Shown in pieces: positions 1 to 11,660 of a stretch of DNA of 39,371 nt. The stretch comes from Chiloscyllium plagiosum (Eukaryota): NCBI RefSeq assembly GCF_004010195.1, contig NC_057750.1, positions 7,730,333-7,769,703 on the forward strand, written 5' to 3'. Under the pieces are notes generated by a model. It was not told where the DNA came from. It saw only the letters and a list, made by a program, of their open reading frames with translations, and searched no databases. The translations under genes and the position numbers were made by a program. Numbering within the stretch: the stretch's first letter is position 1; each line of letters opens with the position of its first letter.

Positions 1-19
1 TCTTAGCCTGCTTTACACA

Positions 20-125
20 CTCTCCTCATTCCTGAAGAAGGGCTCATGCCCGAAACGTCGATTCTCCTGCTCCTTTGATGCTGCCTGACCTGCTGCGCTT
101 TTCCAGCAATACATTTTCAGCTCTC
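20..125 (+). mobile_element. Penelope-like (pLTR-derived) short element, family A
   Basis: Hammerhead motif followed by the family tail gatgctgcctgacctgctg.gcttttccagc, which recurs more than 10 times in the window. Confidence 0.7.
28..63 (+). ncRNA. Minimal hammerhead ribozyme motif (Penelope-type), core intact
   Basis: attc-CTGAAGA-a-GGGC-tcat-GCCC-GAAA-CGTC-gatt: CUGANGA box, stem II, GAAA box, palindromic ACGU stem III and GUC cleavage triplet. Stem I is weak. Confidence 0.7.
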
Positions 126-127
126 TC

Positions 128-530
128 TGGGTGAAGACATTTCACCTCACCTCAATCCTAAATGACCTACCCTGTATCCTTAGACAGAGAGACGCCCTGG
201 TTATCAGGAACATTCATCCTGCAGTCACCCTGCCTAGACAGGAGACTTTTATAGGTTTCTACAATATACCCCCCTCATTCTGTGAAACTTCAGTCAAAAC
301 AGCCCTGACTGTGCCATTAATGTTGGTCGCACAAGGAGAAACATCTTATCGAGTTAATCCTGTCAAGTGCCCTCCAGATCTTGTACATCACAGTGAGATC
401 ACCTCTCAATGTTTTAAATTCAGCTCCAGCCTGTCCAAATTTTCCACACAAAATTAAATCCACATTCCAGCGATCACTCGAATGAAACTTCTCTGAACCA
501 CCTTTAATGTATCTATATCCTTTCACAAAA
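128..530 (-). mobile_element. Decayed CR1-like LINE 3' fragment
   Basis: Minus-strand translation LRGDLTVMYKIWRALDR resembles the CR1 ORF2 C-terminus. Confidence 0.6.
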
Positions 531-719
531 TCTTCCTTTCTTCAACTTGTTTTAAAAGATGGTCCTTGCACTTGAATAGCACAGTGGCTCAGTGGTTAGC
601 ACTGCTGCCTCACAGCTTCTACGAACGAATGCATTCTGAGACATGCTGAGGCCACATAGGAGACATTAATAGAAATTGCAGGTCCACTTCATAACATTGG
701 CTTTTTTTAAAGAATAGGA

Positions 720-1055
720 TAGAACCCCTACAGTTTGGAAACAGGCCCTTCGGCCCAATAATTCTACACCAACTCTCAAAAGAGGGACTTTCCCAGACCC
801 ATTCCTTATTACTCTACAGGTACCCCTGGCCAATGCACCTAACCTATACATCCCTGGACACCATGGGACAATTTAGCATGGCCAGTCCACACTAACCTGC
901 ATATCTTTGGACTGTGGGAGGAAACCGGAGCACCCAGAGTAAACCCATGCAGACACTGGGAGAATGTACAAACTCCACACAGACAGTCACCTGAGGCTGG
1001 AATCGAACCTGGGTCCCTGGCACTGCGAGGCAGCAGTGCTAACCGCTAAGCTGCT
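720..1055 (-). mobile_element. HE1-type V-SINE
   Basis: tRNA-like head (ttagcactgctgcctc...ggttcgattcc), V-domain (gtgtggagtttg.acattctcccc) and a CR1-derived tail. Confidence 0.85.
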
Positions 1056-1084
1056 GTAGAGCTGCTGCACTTTTAATACTTTTA

Positions 1085-1770
1085 TAAGAACAGGTGTAGG
1101 CCATTCAGCCCCTAAAGCCTATTCTGCCCTTCAATGAAATCATAGCTGATTTGTGGCCTAACTGTACACACCTGCCTAAGGCTCATATCCCTTAAACGCT
1201 TTTACTTCACAAAGTTTTAAAATCGGAGATCAATTTAAATTTAACAACTGATCCAGCGTTCACCAATGTGGAAGTGAGTTCCAAACCTCTCCGACTCTTT
1301 GTGCTTCCTCACATCTCTCTTGAAGGGTCAGGCCCTATGTTTTGGGCTATGTCCCCTCGTTCGACAATCAGCAGACGTAGTGAATAAAAACCAAAGAGAA
1401 ATCGGAAACAAAACCAGAAATTGCTGGAAAAGCTCAGCAGGTCTGGCAGCGTCCGCGGAGAGAAATCAGAGTTAACGTTCTGAGGAAGGGTCACTCGATC
1501 TGAAATGTTAACTCTGATTTCTCTCCACAGATGCTGCCAGATCTGCTGAGCTTTTCCAACAATCTTTGTTTCGGCTGCAGTGAAATAGTGTATCGTTATC
1601 TACCCTGTCTTTTTCTGCTAACATCGAAGATTAGACCACCTTCTAAATTCTAGAGAAAACAGGCCTAAATTTGTATTCTCTCCCCTCATAATTGAATGTC
1701 TGAAGTCCAGGCATTATTCCGGTTAATCTATGTTGTACTCCCCTTCCAGGCCAATATAGCCTTCCTTGTC
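1085..1770 (-). mobile_element. Old CR1-like LINE 3' fragment, interrupted by a Penelope-type element
   Basis: Begins with the CR1 3'-UTR type sequence gtaggccattcagccc; the rest is degenerate ORF2 end. Confidence 0.55.
1386..1575. mobile_element. Fold-back Penelope-type element, family B, with a degenerate hammerhead at about 1477-1512
   Basis: Inverted arms ttgctggaaaagctcagcagg...gagagaaatcagagttaac / gttaactctgatttctctc...ctgctgagcttttccaac. Core reads CTGAGGA-a-GGGTC-actc-GATCT-GAAA. Confidence 0.7.
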
Positions 1771-1814
1771 GAAGCCTCTGCTGTTTCGGTTTCTCAAGAG
1801 ACTGAGCAAAAACC

Positions 1815-2065
1815 TAAATTCACAGGACATGAACATCACTTGTAAGGCTAATCATTTATCAAGCATCATTCAGGGTTACATGCCTGAGGCCACTTCACAA
1901 GGAGCTGAGAGTCAACCACACTGACGTGGATCTGGAGTTACTGATTGGTTAGACCAGTAAGAACAACAGATTTATTTTTTTCAAAAAGGGAACCCATATC
2001 CCTTTCAGGGGAAAAAAATAAACATTCTGATAGCTTCATGGTTAACCTTAAATGGTGCTTGCTTG
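1815..2065 (-). mobile_element. Shark SINE with an L2-like tail (fragment)
   Basis: Similar in reverse to the SINE at 33655-33961 (gagtcaaccaca..., tctggagt). Confidence 0.5.
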
Positions 2066-2125
2066 AAATGAAAAGCAGAAATTGTAGAAACTCAGGTCTG
2101 CAGAGAGAGAAAAAGAGTTAACCTT

Positions 2126-2940
2126 GATAATTCATAGCTCCTTGAAAGTGAAGTCGCAGGTAGACAGGATAGTGAAGGCGGCGTTTGGTATGCTTTCCTT
2201 TATTGGTCAGAGCATGGAGTACAGGAGTTGGGAGGTCATGTTGCGGCTGTACAGGACATTGAGTCAAGATTAGAGTGGTGCTGGAAAAGCACAGCAGGTC
2301 AGGCAGCATCCGCAGAGCAGGAAAATCAACATTGCGGGCCAGAGCCCTTCATCAGGAGTGAAGTGGGGAGCCTCGGGGGTGGAGACAGATAAAAAGAACA
2401 TTGGTTAAGCCTCTTTTGGAAATTGCATGCAATTCTGGTCTCCCGCCTATCGGAAGGATGTTGTGAAACTTGAAAGGGATCAGAAAAGATTTACAAGGAT
2501 GTTGCCAGGGTTGGAAGGTTTGAGCTACAGGGAGAGGCTGAACAGGCTGGGGCTATTTTCCCTGGAGTGTCGGAGGCTGAGGGGTGACCTTATAGAGGTT
2601 TATAAAATCATGAGGGGCATGGAAAGGGTAAATAGACAAGGTCTTTTCCCTGGAGTGGGGGAATCCAGAACTAGAGGGCATAGGTTTAGGGCGAGAGGGG
2701 AAAGATATAAAAAGTGACCTAAGAGGGTGATGCGTGTGTGGAATGAGCTGCCAGAGGAAGTGGTGGAGGCTGATACAATTACAGCATTTAAAAAGCATCT
2801 GGATGGGTATATGAATGGAAGGGTTTAGAGGGATATGGGCCCGGTGCTGGCAAATGGGACTAGATTAGGTTAGGATATCGGGTCAGCATGGACGAACTGG
2901 ACAAGGGTCTGTTTCTGTGCTGTACATCTCTAAGACTCTG
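2126..2940 (+). mobile_element. Young 5'-truncated CR1/HER1 LINE
   Basis: Encodes QFWSPAYRKDVVKLER..KRFTRMLPGLEGLSYRERLNRLGLFSLE.RRLRGDLIEVYKIMRG and ends with a gactct-type tail. Confidence 0.9.
2262..2392 (-). mobile_element. Penelope-type family A element inserted in the CR1
   Basis: Reverse complement of the family A sequence, flanked by aggacattg / agaacattg. Confidence 0.7.
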
Positions 2941-2969
2941 AGTCCAGTGACCCTTCGTCAGAACTTGCT

Positions 2970-3530
2970 TTTTTCAAAAATTCATTCATGGGACATGGGT
3001 GTCACTGGCTGGGCCCAGCATTCATTGTCCGTCCCTAACTGCCCCTTGAGAAAGTAGGGGTGAGCTGCCTTCTTGACCCACGACAGTCAGTGTCTAGATT
3101 AGAGTGGTGCTGGAAAAGCACAGCAGTTCAGGCAGCATCCGAGGGGCAGGAAAATCGACGTTTTGGGCAAAAGCCCTTCATCAGGAATTGCCTGTATTCC
3201 TGATGAAGGGCTTTTGCCCGAAGCGTCGATTTTACTGCTCCTCGGATGCTGCCTGAACTGCTGTGCTTTTCCAGCACCACTCTAATCTAGACTTTGTTTT
3301 CCAGCATCTGCAGTCATTGTTTTTACCCACTACAGTCAGTGTGCTGTAATTGGACCCAAAATGCCTTGAGGGAGGGAATTCCAGGATTTTGACCCAGTGA
3401 CACCGAAGGAATGATGATATGTCAGGATGGCAAATGGTTTGACTATCAGTTTTGTTTAAGTTAACTGAATTTAAATTCCCATGACAGGAATTGAACGTGC
3501 GTCTCCGCTGTGGGCTATTTACCCAATGAT
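2970..3530 (-). mobile_element. Shark SINE with an L2-like tail, split by a palindromic insertion
   Basis: Tail reads attcattcatgggacatgggtgtcactggctgggcc; the body resumes after 3342. Confidence 0.65.
3093..3324. mobile_element. Palindromic Penelope-type family A element with an 18-bp TSD
   Basis: 96-bp inverted arms at 3093-3188 and 3196-3291 with a 7-nt spacer. TSD acccac(g/t)acagtcagtgt at 3076-3093 and 3325-3342. Confidence 0.85.
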
Positions 3531-3554
3531 GTTTAATCTGTTCCCATACCCTCA

Positions 3555-4632
3555 AAGATCTTGATCAACAGGGCCAGTGGGCCGAGGAATAGCAGATGGA
3601 GATTAACTGTGATAAATGCATTTTGTTAAGACAAACCAGGGCAGGACTTACACAGTTAGTGGTTGTCAAACAGAGAGACCTAGGGTATGTGTACATAGTT
3701 CCTGGAAGATGGCATCACAGATAGACAAGACAGTAGTTGGCACACTTGCCTTCATTGGGCAGAGCATTGAGTATAGGAGCTGGGACATCAAGCTACAGCT
3801 GCACAAGACATTGCTACGGCCACATTTGGAGTACAGTGTACAATTCCAGTCACCCTGCTGTAGGAAGGATGTTAAACTGGAGTGCAAAAAGGATTTACAA
3901 GGATGTTACTGAGACTGGAAGGTTTGAGTTACAAAGGGAAAGGCTGGATAGCCTGGAGCGTCGGAGGCTGAGGGGTGACCTTGTAGAGATTTATAAAATC
4001 AGGAGGGACATGGATGAATAGCCAAATGTCTTTTCCCCAGGGTAGAGAAGTCCAAAACTAGAGGGCATAGACTTATGGTGAGAGGATAAAGATCTAAGAG
4101 GGATCTGAGGGACGTTTTCACACAGAGGGTGTACGGAACGGGCCACCAGTGAGAGTGTTAGACATGAGGACAATTGCTGAGAGTGGGGGGGGGGGTGCTG
4201 GAAAAGCACAGCTGGTCAGGCAGCATCTGAGGAGCAGGAGAATAGATGTTTTGGGCAAGAGCCCTTTATCAGGAATGAGGCTTGTGAGCCAAGGGATTGG
4301 GGAGATAAATGAGAGGAGGGTGGGGTGGGGGGAGGTAGCTGAGAGTGCGAAAGGTATTCGGAGGGGGTGGGGGAAATGGACTTTTTCCCCATAGATACAA
4401 TTGCAACATTTTAAAAAGACATTTGTACATGGATAGGAAAGGTTTAGAGAGATATGGGTTAAAGGCTAGAATCTGCCTGCTCGCAAAACAAAGCTTTTCA
4501 CTGTACTTGGGTACATATGCGTACAATAAATCACATCAAGATGGCAGGTGAATGGAACTAGCTCAGTCCAGGAAACCTGGTCAGCATGGACGGGTTGGGC
4601 CAAAGGGCTAGTTTTGGTGCTCTTTGACTCTA
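3555..4632 (+). mobile_element. CR1 LINE 3' fragment with nested inserts (Penelope-type about 4190-4380; Rex-like tail about 4468-4512)
   Basis: Encodes LAFIGQSIEYRSWD...LRPHLEYSVQF and RRRLRGDLVEIYKI. Confidence 0.8.
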
Positions 4633-5261
4633 AGTACCAAAACGGTTACAGGAACACGTGCCAAAGGGAACTGGCTAACTGTGATAGCTGCCATTGTGTG
4701 CATTCTGAGTACCACTAGTGTATACACCTGACACCTGTAAACTTAACAATGAGCCTTTAAAGCTGGGGAACTAGCCGAGTGGGGAAATAGATTGAACTGA
4801 AAAGTTGAAATTGAATTCGGCAGCCATGGGTATTTTATTTTCGGGGCAGGTGTAGAAAGCAAAAAGGATAGAACGCATATGTTTGCAATCCCAGAAGTTA
4901 AACATTTAACAAAGTGTTTTAGCTTCAAATGATAAAATAATAAGTACTTCCTGTCAAAGAGGATAATGTGAACGTAAAGGGAGCACAGCCAAAACTCATC
5001 AAGCAGTGTTAATTACACTCTTAAAATGGAATACAACAAAAAGTCCAAGCAACTGAAGGCACTTTCAAAAGTTACCATTTTCAAAGAGACTTTGACACAA
5101 ATTGAACATTCTAGGGAATCAGTGACCCAGCCGAGAGATTGAGTCGGGGAACTTTGCAGTCACTTATAATCAGAGGTACTTCTTAGATGAAGGTAAGTTT
5201 TGTTCAAAGTTGCCAGTTTAAGCCCTGCTCCAGGGTCAGTGTGTCTGTAAAGGAGGTGCGG

Positions 5262-5700
5262 GCGTAGTGGGTAATGTCGATAGTAAGCCAGAATCCCAGG
5301 CTAATATTCTGGGGTCGTGGGTTCAAGTCCCAATGTGGCCGATGAAGAATTCTGAATTCAACAGTCAATTCCGCTATAACATTCTCGTGCAATCCCGTGT
5401 TATAAGAAAGTGGTGTAATAGCAGCACCATTTAAATGGGACCAGAACAGTGTTATAACCAAAACAAGCTTTAAAAGTTCCACTTTAGAAACACTGTCCCC
5501 AATTCATCAAAACATGTTAGAGCAAATTCGCATTAACAAAACTCATGTTACAGCAAAACAGCCTGTATTCAAATTCTGGGATTTAAAAGAAAATAGCCTA
5601 GTGTGGACCATGTTGTGAAAACCTATCTGATTCACTAATGTCCTTTAGGGAAAGGAATCTGTCTTCCGTATCCTTCTGTTGACTTTATGGTCTAAAGTAG
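5262..5700 (+). mobile_element. tRNA-headed shark SINE split by a MITE
   Basis: A-box gtagtgg, B-box ggttcaagtccc; the body matches the SINE at 33655-33961. Confidence 0.55.
5361..5567. mobile_element. Tc1/mariner (Tigger-like) MITE
   Basis: Imperfect terminal inverted repeats cagtcaattccgctataac / gttacagcaaaacagcctg-TA. A related copy lies in reverse at 10150-10470. Confidence 0.55.
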
Positions 5701-5914
5701 AATTTGTATCCTACAACATGAAAGCAGGCCACTCAGTTTCATTCGATTCCAAACTGCCCCTCCAAAGACCGTTTCCTCACCTATCCCAGTAACCCACATT
5801 CCCATGGCTAATCTACCTACCCTGCACATCTGGAGCAGGTGAGACTTCAACCCAGGTCTCCTGGTTAACTGCCCCGCTAGGCAATTAAAAGGACTGGCAC
5901 AAACACAGGCCTGG

Positions 5915-6065
5915 GTGGTGATGCCCACCTCCCACATTCCTGATGAAGGGCTTTTGCCCAACGTCGATTTTTCCTGCTCCTCGGATGCTGCCTGACCTGC
6001 TGTGCTTTTCCAGCACAACACCGACCTTGACTCTGATCTCCAGCATCTGCAGTCCTCACTTTCAC
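5915..6065 (+). mobile_element. Penelope-type family A element (hammerhead GAAA box damaged)
   Basis: attcctgatgaagggcttttgcccaacgtcgatt...ccagcatctgcagtcctcactttc. Confidence 0.75.
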
Positions 6066-6339
6066 CGAGTAGAGAGGATGTTCCCCCATGTGGGGATATC
6101 CAGATTGACAGGAAATATTTGGGATAACAGGTCGTGGATTTAAATGAAATTACTTCTCTAAAAAAAGTTGTAAATCTGTGGAATTCACTTCCCCAGAGAC
6201 AGAGACAGACAGAGACAGAGTGCGGTGGATGCTAGGACACCAATTAAATTTAAAGGGACAATAGAAAGATTTTTAATTAGTAACGGGTTAAAGGGCTGTG
6301 GGGAGTGGGCAGGAAGGTGGAGTTGAAATTGTGGCAAGT

Positions 6340-7052
6340 CAGAGTCAGAGATATACAGCATGGAAACAGACCCTTCGGTCCAACCCGTCCATGCCGACCA
6401 GATATCCCAACCCAATCTAGTCCCACCTGCCAGCACCCGGCCCATATCTCTCCAAACCCTTCCTATTCATATACCCATCCAAATGCCTCTTAAATGTTGC
6501 AATTGTAACAGCCTCCACCACTTCCTCTGGCAGCTCATTCCATACAAGTATCACCCTCTGTGTGAAAACGTTGCCCCTTAGGTCTCTTTTATATCTTGCC
6601 CCTCTCACCCTAAACCTATGCCCTCTAGTTCTGGACTCCCCAATGCCAGGGAAAAGACTTTGCCTATTTACCCTATCCATGCCCCTCATAATTTTTGTAA
6701 ACCTTTATAAGGTCACCCCTCAGCTCTGATGCTCCAGGAAAAACAGCCCCAGCCTGTTCAGCCTCTCCCTATAGCTCACATCCTTGTAAATCTTTTCTGA
6801 ACCCTTTCAAGGTTCACAACATCTTTCCGATAGGAGGGAGACCAGAATTGCATGCAATATTCCAACAGTAGCCGAACCAATGTCCTGTACAGCCGCAACA
6901 TGACCTCCCAACTCCTGTACTCAATACTCTGACCAATAAACGAAAGCATACCAAACGCGTTCTTCACTATCCTATCTACCTGCAACTCCACTTCAAGGAG
7001 CTGTGAACCTGCACTCCAAGGTCTCTTTACTCAGCAACACTCCCTAAGACCT
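6340..7052 (-). mobile_element. Young CR1/HER1 LINE 3' fragment
   Basis: Minus ORFs MRGMDRVNRQSLFPG...WNELPEEVVEA and LSFIGQSIEYRSWEVMLRLYRTLVR. Confidence 0.9.
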
Positions 7053-7699
7053 TGATGATATTAAACATTACAGCAGGCCTAAGGGGCTGAGTGGCCTTCT
7101 CCTGGTTCCTATACTCTGCGCCGCATTTTAAATCCATACACTTTGGTTACCACCAATGGAAATTGTTTTTTTTTAAATCTACTCCTGCAATAATGATCCA
7201 CTTCCCTTCTAAATACTGGCTTGCTGCAGTCTCATCAGAGGAATTTCGAAATGCAGAGAGGCATTCAAAACATTTTTTAAAAAAAAGGAACGAACAGGAA
7301 GAGGAATTAAATGAACACAATAAATCCGGAACATTTACTCTGAAATGGATACCAGGGCAAGTTCTGGGTCATGTTTTTCCATAATTAAAAACACCAAAGG
7401 GCAAAACTAAAAAAGGTATGTGCCAGAGGCAAACATACACAGTGACCACGGCAACTGCCTCTCTCCATGCAACTACCGCCAATCGCTCAATTAAATTTGC
7501 AACTAGCACTCCCCCTCCCCACAAACCCCTAGGACTGGCCAGGAGTCTCAAAAGAAAAATGTGTTGGTACAGACTTGATAGGTCGAAGGGCCTCTTTCTG
7601 TGCTACAAGATTCCACAAATCAAAGTTTCATCTCCAGGTCACTGCTGAGTGAGTGCAATACCCAGAGGTTACAACAAAATACAAAATCTTAAATGCAGA

Positions 7700-7995
7700 A
7701 AAGTGGCTTAGTGGTTAACACTGCTGCCTCAGTGCCAGGGACCTAGGTTCGATTCCAGCCTCAGGTAATTGTCTGTGTGGACTTTGCACATTCTCCCCCA
7801 TGTGTGTGTGGGTTTCCTCCAACAGTCCAAAGATGTACAGGTTAAAATGGATTGGCTGTGGTAGTGTCCAGAGATGGGCAGGCCATGTGGGTCAGCCATG
7901 GGAAATGTAGGGTTGGGGGGGGGGGGGGGGGGAATGCTCTTCAGGAGGGTCAGTATGGACTCGATGGGCCGAGTGACTCTAGAGATTCTATGAAT
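7700..7995 (+). mobile_element. HE1-type V-SINE containing a G18 run (7915-7932)
   Basis: tRNA-like head, V-domain and gattctatga tail. Confidence 0.8.
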
Positions 7996-8308
7996 TTTTC
8001 TTGAAGCAACTCCATTTGTAAAAATATTGGAAACCACAAGAGAAGAGGCAGGTGGACTGACAAGACAAGAAAAGAATTGACCAATGGGGCAAAGAAGAGA
8101 CTGTGGTTCACTCACTGCGAGGTTGGGTGACCCTGGATATGTTCAGGACCAATCAGAGGATAAGGGCAAGGTGGATAGAGTTGGGGGACCCAGGGTCAGC
8201 CCTACAGGAACACATGCATTGAGAGATTGCAACTATATGTCAAGAGGATAGACTGGACCGTAAACTCTGCACAGCTAGGATGATCATACAATGTCTCAGT
8301 ACCTACAT

Positions 8309-8535
8309 GTCGAGAGTGTGGTGCTGGAAAAGCACAACAAGTCAGGCAGCATCCGAGGAGCAGGAGAATCAACGTTTTGGGCATAAGCCCTTCATCAGGA
8401 AAGGCTTCCTGATGAAGGCCTTATGCCCAAAACGTCGATTCTCCTGCTCCTCTGACACTGCCTGACCGGCTGTGTTTTGCCAGCACCACACTCTCGACTC
8501 TGATCTCCAGCATCTGCAAGCCCTCACTTTCTCCT
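8309..8535. mobile_element. Palindromic Penelope-type family A element
   Basis: Inverted arms of about 90 bp centred on cttcatcaggaaaggcttcctgatgaag. Degenerate TSD ctcagtacctacatg / ctcagcaattacatg. Confidence 0.8.
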
Positions 8536-8734
8536 CAGCAATTACATGCCAACCTTAGGCTTTGTTAATTTTATTGCTGTGGCTAAAAGTAAACTATTTC
8601 CCCACCATATTCCTTCTGGCGGAGCTCACTCTGAAAACAAGCAAACAATCGATAGTTAAGATTTCTGAACCTCCCAAAGACTGGACTCCCAACTGGCATC
8701 AAATTTCTTTACATCTGCCTGTGCAAGCAGACTT

Positions 8735-9010
8735 TTCATTTATATAGCACCACTAGCCTCCCAAAGCATTTTTGAATTTGTAGTGACCACAGAGCAGCCG
8801 ACTGGGCAGAGTAAGCCTACCCAGCAAGGAGAGATTGACTCCGTCATTTTACAAAGTGCTGTTGATGGCAGGATAATGGAAGGAATTTCCCTATTCCTCC
8901 TCCTATTGCACACGAGATCCTGTACCTCGACAGAGGGCAATGGGGTCTTGGTTCAACATCTCATTTGGGAATTGTTAATCCTGACAGTGCTGTATTCCCT
9001 CAGTATTCCC
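8735..9010 (-). mobile_element. Old Deu/SacSINE1-like SINE fragment
   Basis: tttatatagcacc tail and ctgacagtgctgtattccctcagtatt head-body junction. Confidence 0.45.
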
Positions 9011-9187
9011 CAAGGCAGTCAAGCAAAACCCTAAAAGGAACAGAGAAGTCTATCTCTGCTGTGCTTCTGTTCACCAATATTTATCCCAAAAAGCAGTCAT
9101 GGAACACATTGCAGCTGGTGGGACAGGTTGAAAGTTTTTTTCTTGCTACCACGTGTCAAGAGATTTTGGGATTGGCTTACTCTGTGG

Positions 9188-9470
9188 GTGGCATGGTAGC
9201 TCAGTGGTTAGCTCTGCTGCCTCACAGAGCCAGGGACCCAGGTTCAATTCCAGCCTCAGGTGTCTGTTTGTGTGGAGTTTGCACGTTCTCCCCGTGTCTG
9301 CGTGGGTTTCCTCCCATAATCCAAAAGATGTGCAGGTTGGGGTGGATTGACCATGTAAATATAGAGTAATAGGGTTGAGGAATAGGTCCGGTTGGGATAC
9401 TCTTCGGAGGGTTGGCGTGGACATGGTGGGCCAAATGGCCTGTTTCCAACACACTGGGGATTCTAATTCT
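9188..9470 (+). mobile_element. HE1-type V-SINE
   Basis: Full tRNA-like head ggcatggtagctcagtggttagc, V-domain and tail. Confidence 0.85.
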
Positions 9471-9513
9471 GAAATTCTAATTCAACAGTGCCCAGGGATT
9501 TAGCCAAGATGTG

Positions 9514-10144
9514 TGTGATGATGCTATGGGTGTAAGACATGTGTTTTGCCTGGTTTCTTTGAGAGTGAGATTGGGGGAACTGGTGCTGAGCAATCTAGGA
9601 GAAAATAAACAACTTGTGAAGCCTAGAGTGATTTTTATTTTTTGCAAAGCTGCAACAATAGAAGCAGCCTGAACAGGTGTGGTCAAGCTTCTATTGAACC
9701 AAGGATTTTGGGTTTAGCTTTCGGCAGCTGTTGCTGGGTTGGAAGGCAGTGAATCCCTTCCGGCTGCTACACTCCGAGTTTTCTCTCTGAAGTGTCTTTT
9801 GATGTTTGTTCCTCCTGGATTGTCTCACATTGCACTTCTCGAATTTGCCTTTTTGCCCCAGGTGTGTTTCTGGGATGTTTCTATATTGGAACAGTTACTG
9901 TTTTGTACAGGAATAATCTATTATGCCGCTAAGCTTTTCAACAGAGTTAAGTTATTTCAAGTTCCTTGTGCTCTATTTTAACTGCAGTGTTTGAATAAAT
10001 TGGGTTTTGCTAACGTCAAGTAGTTTGGCTAATTGAATTGCATCTGGAACTCAGCACCTGACATTTATCTTTAAAATAAGGAAAGGTTAGGGCTCTATGC
10101 TCCCTCCTTAATATATTTTGAGGGGTCTGATCTGCTCCCTAACA
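9514..10144 (+). mobile_element. Probable solo LTR (about 630 bp)
   Basis: TGTGATG...TAACA termini, AATAAA at about 9994, imperfect 4-bp flanks tgtg/agtg. Confidence 0.45.
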
Positions 10145-10149
10145 AGTGT

Positions 10150-10470
10150 CACAAGGGTGTTCTGCTATAATGCACTTCATGATGTGTGAATTGGCTATAA
10201 GGAGAAAGTGAGGACTGCAGATGCTGGAGATCAGAGCTGAAAAATGTGCTGCTTATGCCCGAAACGTCGATTCTCCTGCTCCTTGGATGCTGCCTGACTT
10301 GCTGCGCTTTTCCAGCAACATTTTTCAGCTCTGAATTGGTTATAACACAATTGACGAGTTGAGGACATTGTTTGGATAAAGTGAACTTTCTACTGAACAC
10401 CTATAGCAATCTCCTACAGCGCAATCACGCAGAAGAACACCACTGCCGCGTTATAGCAGAACGATCTGGA
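10150..10470. mobile_element. Tigger-like MITE carrying a nested Penelope-type insert (10201-10331)
   Basis: Terminal inverted repeats gttctgctataatgc / gcgttatagcagaac. The insert is flanked by tgaattgg(c/t)tataa at 10187-10200 and 10332-10345. Confidence 0.65.
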
Positions 10471-10591
10471 CTATCAATACTACAACCTCAAAAAAAACAA
10501 AACAGAAACAGGAGATAAACTGCTCGGCACAGGGAAACATTTTGCCTCCTTATTTGGACAGTAAATGACATCTAAATATCTTCACTCAAAC

Positions 10592-11044
10592 ATTGGAGGA
10601 TTTGAGCTACAGGGAGAGGCTGAACAGGGTGGGGCTGTTTTTCCTGGAGCGTCAGAGGCTGAGGGGTGACCTTATAGAGGCTTACAAAATTATGAGGGGC
10701 ATGGATAGGATAAATAGACAAAGTTTTTTTCCCTTGGGTCGTGGAGTCCAGAACTAGAGGTCATAGGTTTAGGGTGAGAGGGGAAAGATATAAAAGAGAC
10801 CTAAGGGGCAACTTTTTCATGCAGAGGGTGGTACGTGTGTGGAATGAGCTGCCAGAGGAAGTGGTGGAGGCTGGTACAATTGCAACATTTAACAGGCATT
10901 TGGATGGATATATGAACAGGAAGGGTTTGGGGGGATATGGGCCGGGTGCTGGCAGGTGGGACTAGATTGGGTTGGGATATCTGGTCGGCCTGGACGGGTT
11001 GGATCGAAGGGTCTGTTTCCGTGCTGTACATCTCTATGATTCTA
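10592..11044 (+). mobile_element. Young CR1/HER1 LINE 3' fragment
   Basis: ESRTRGHRFRVRGERYKRDLRGNFF...WNELPEEVVEAG; tail ctatgattcta. Confidence 0.9.
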
Positions 11045-11269
11045 AATGTCTTCCTAGTAATGGGAGATAAATTTCCCAATTAAAACATTCCGTGCTGTAT
11101 ACGCAACGTTATTCAAATGCAATGCTGGGTTTGCATTTTTCCAAATAGTATTCACTTCAAACCCCACTTTTATCAACAACGCAATTCTCGCTTGGATATA
11201 CAAGTCCGGCTTGCGTCTGGTGAGGATTTTTTTTATTTTGAGTATTTGCATTTAAACAAAGTGCAGTTT

Positions 11270-11415
11270 GCAGGAAAATCAGCCCAGGAAATCTTGATGA
11301 AGGGCTCTGGCCCGAAATATCGATTTTCCTGGTCCTCGGATGCTGCCTGGCTTGCTGTGCTTTCCAGCACCATACTCTTAACTCTGATCTCCAGCGTCTG
11401 CAGACCTCACTGTCT
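11270..11415 (+). mobile_element. Penelope-type family A element with a 13-bp TSD
   Basis: TSD caaagt(g/a)cagttt at 11257-11269 and 11416-11428; degenerate hammerhead at about 11289-11325. Confidence 0.7.
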
Positions 11416-11660
11416 CAAAGTACAGTTTTCACCAAGACAGAGAACGGTGAATGCACATCCAAAACACAAAAAACAAGTCAAAAGGAGAGCTTTGCGATCT
11501 TTTGCAAAAATACAAATGAAACAACACTTTGTCATAACAGTTGGTAGCACATGGACCCGAGTCAGATGGCTGTGATTTCAAATCCCGCTCCAAGGGCGAG
11601 ATAACTTCCAGATGAAAACTGCTGTGTAACCTGAGGGAATGCTGCACTAGTCAGAAGTCC

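Noticed and set aside
9188..9260. tRNA genes at GGTTCRATTCC motifs (here and at other SINE heads)
   Set aside because: Each runs straight into a SINE body, so these are tRNA-derived SINE heads rather than tRNA genes.
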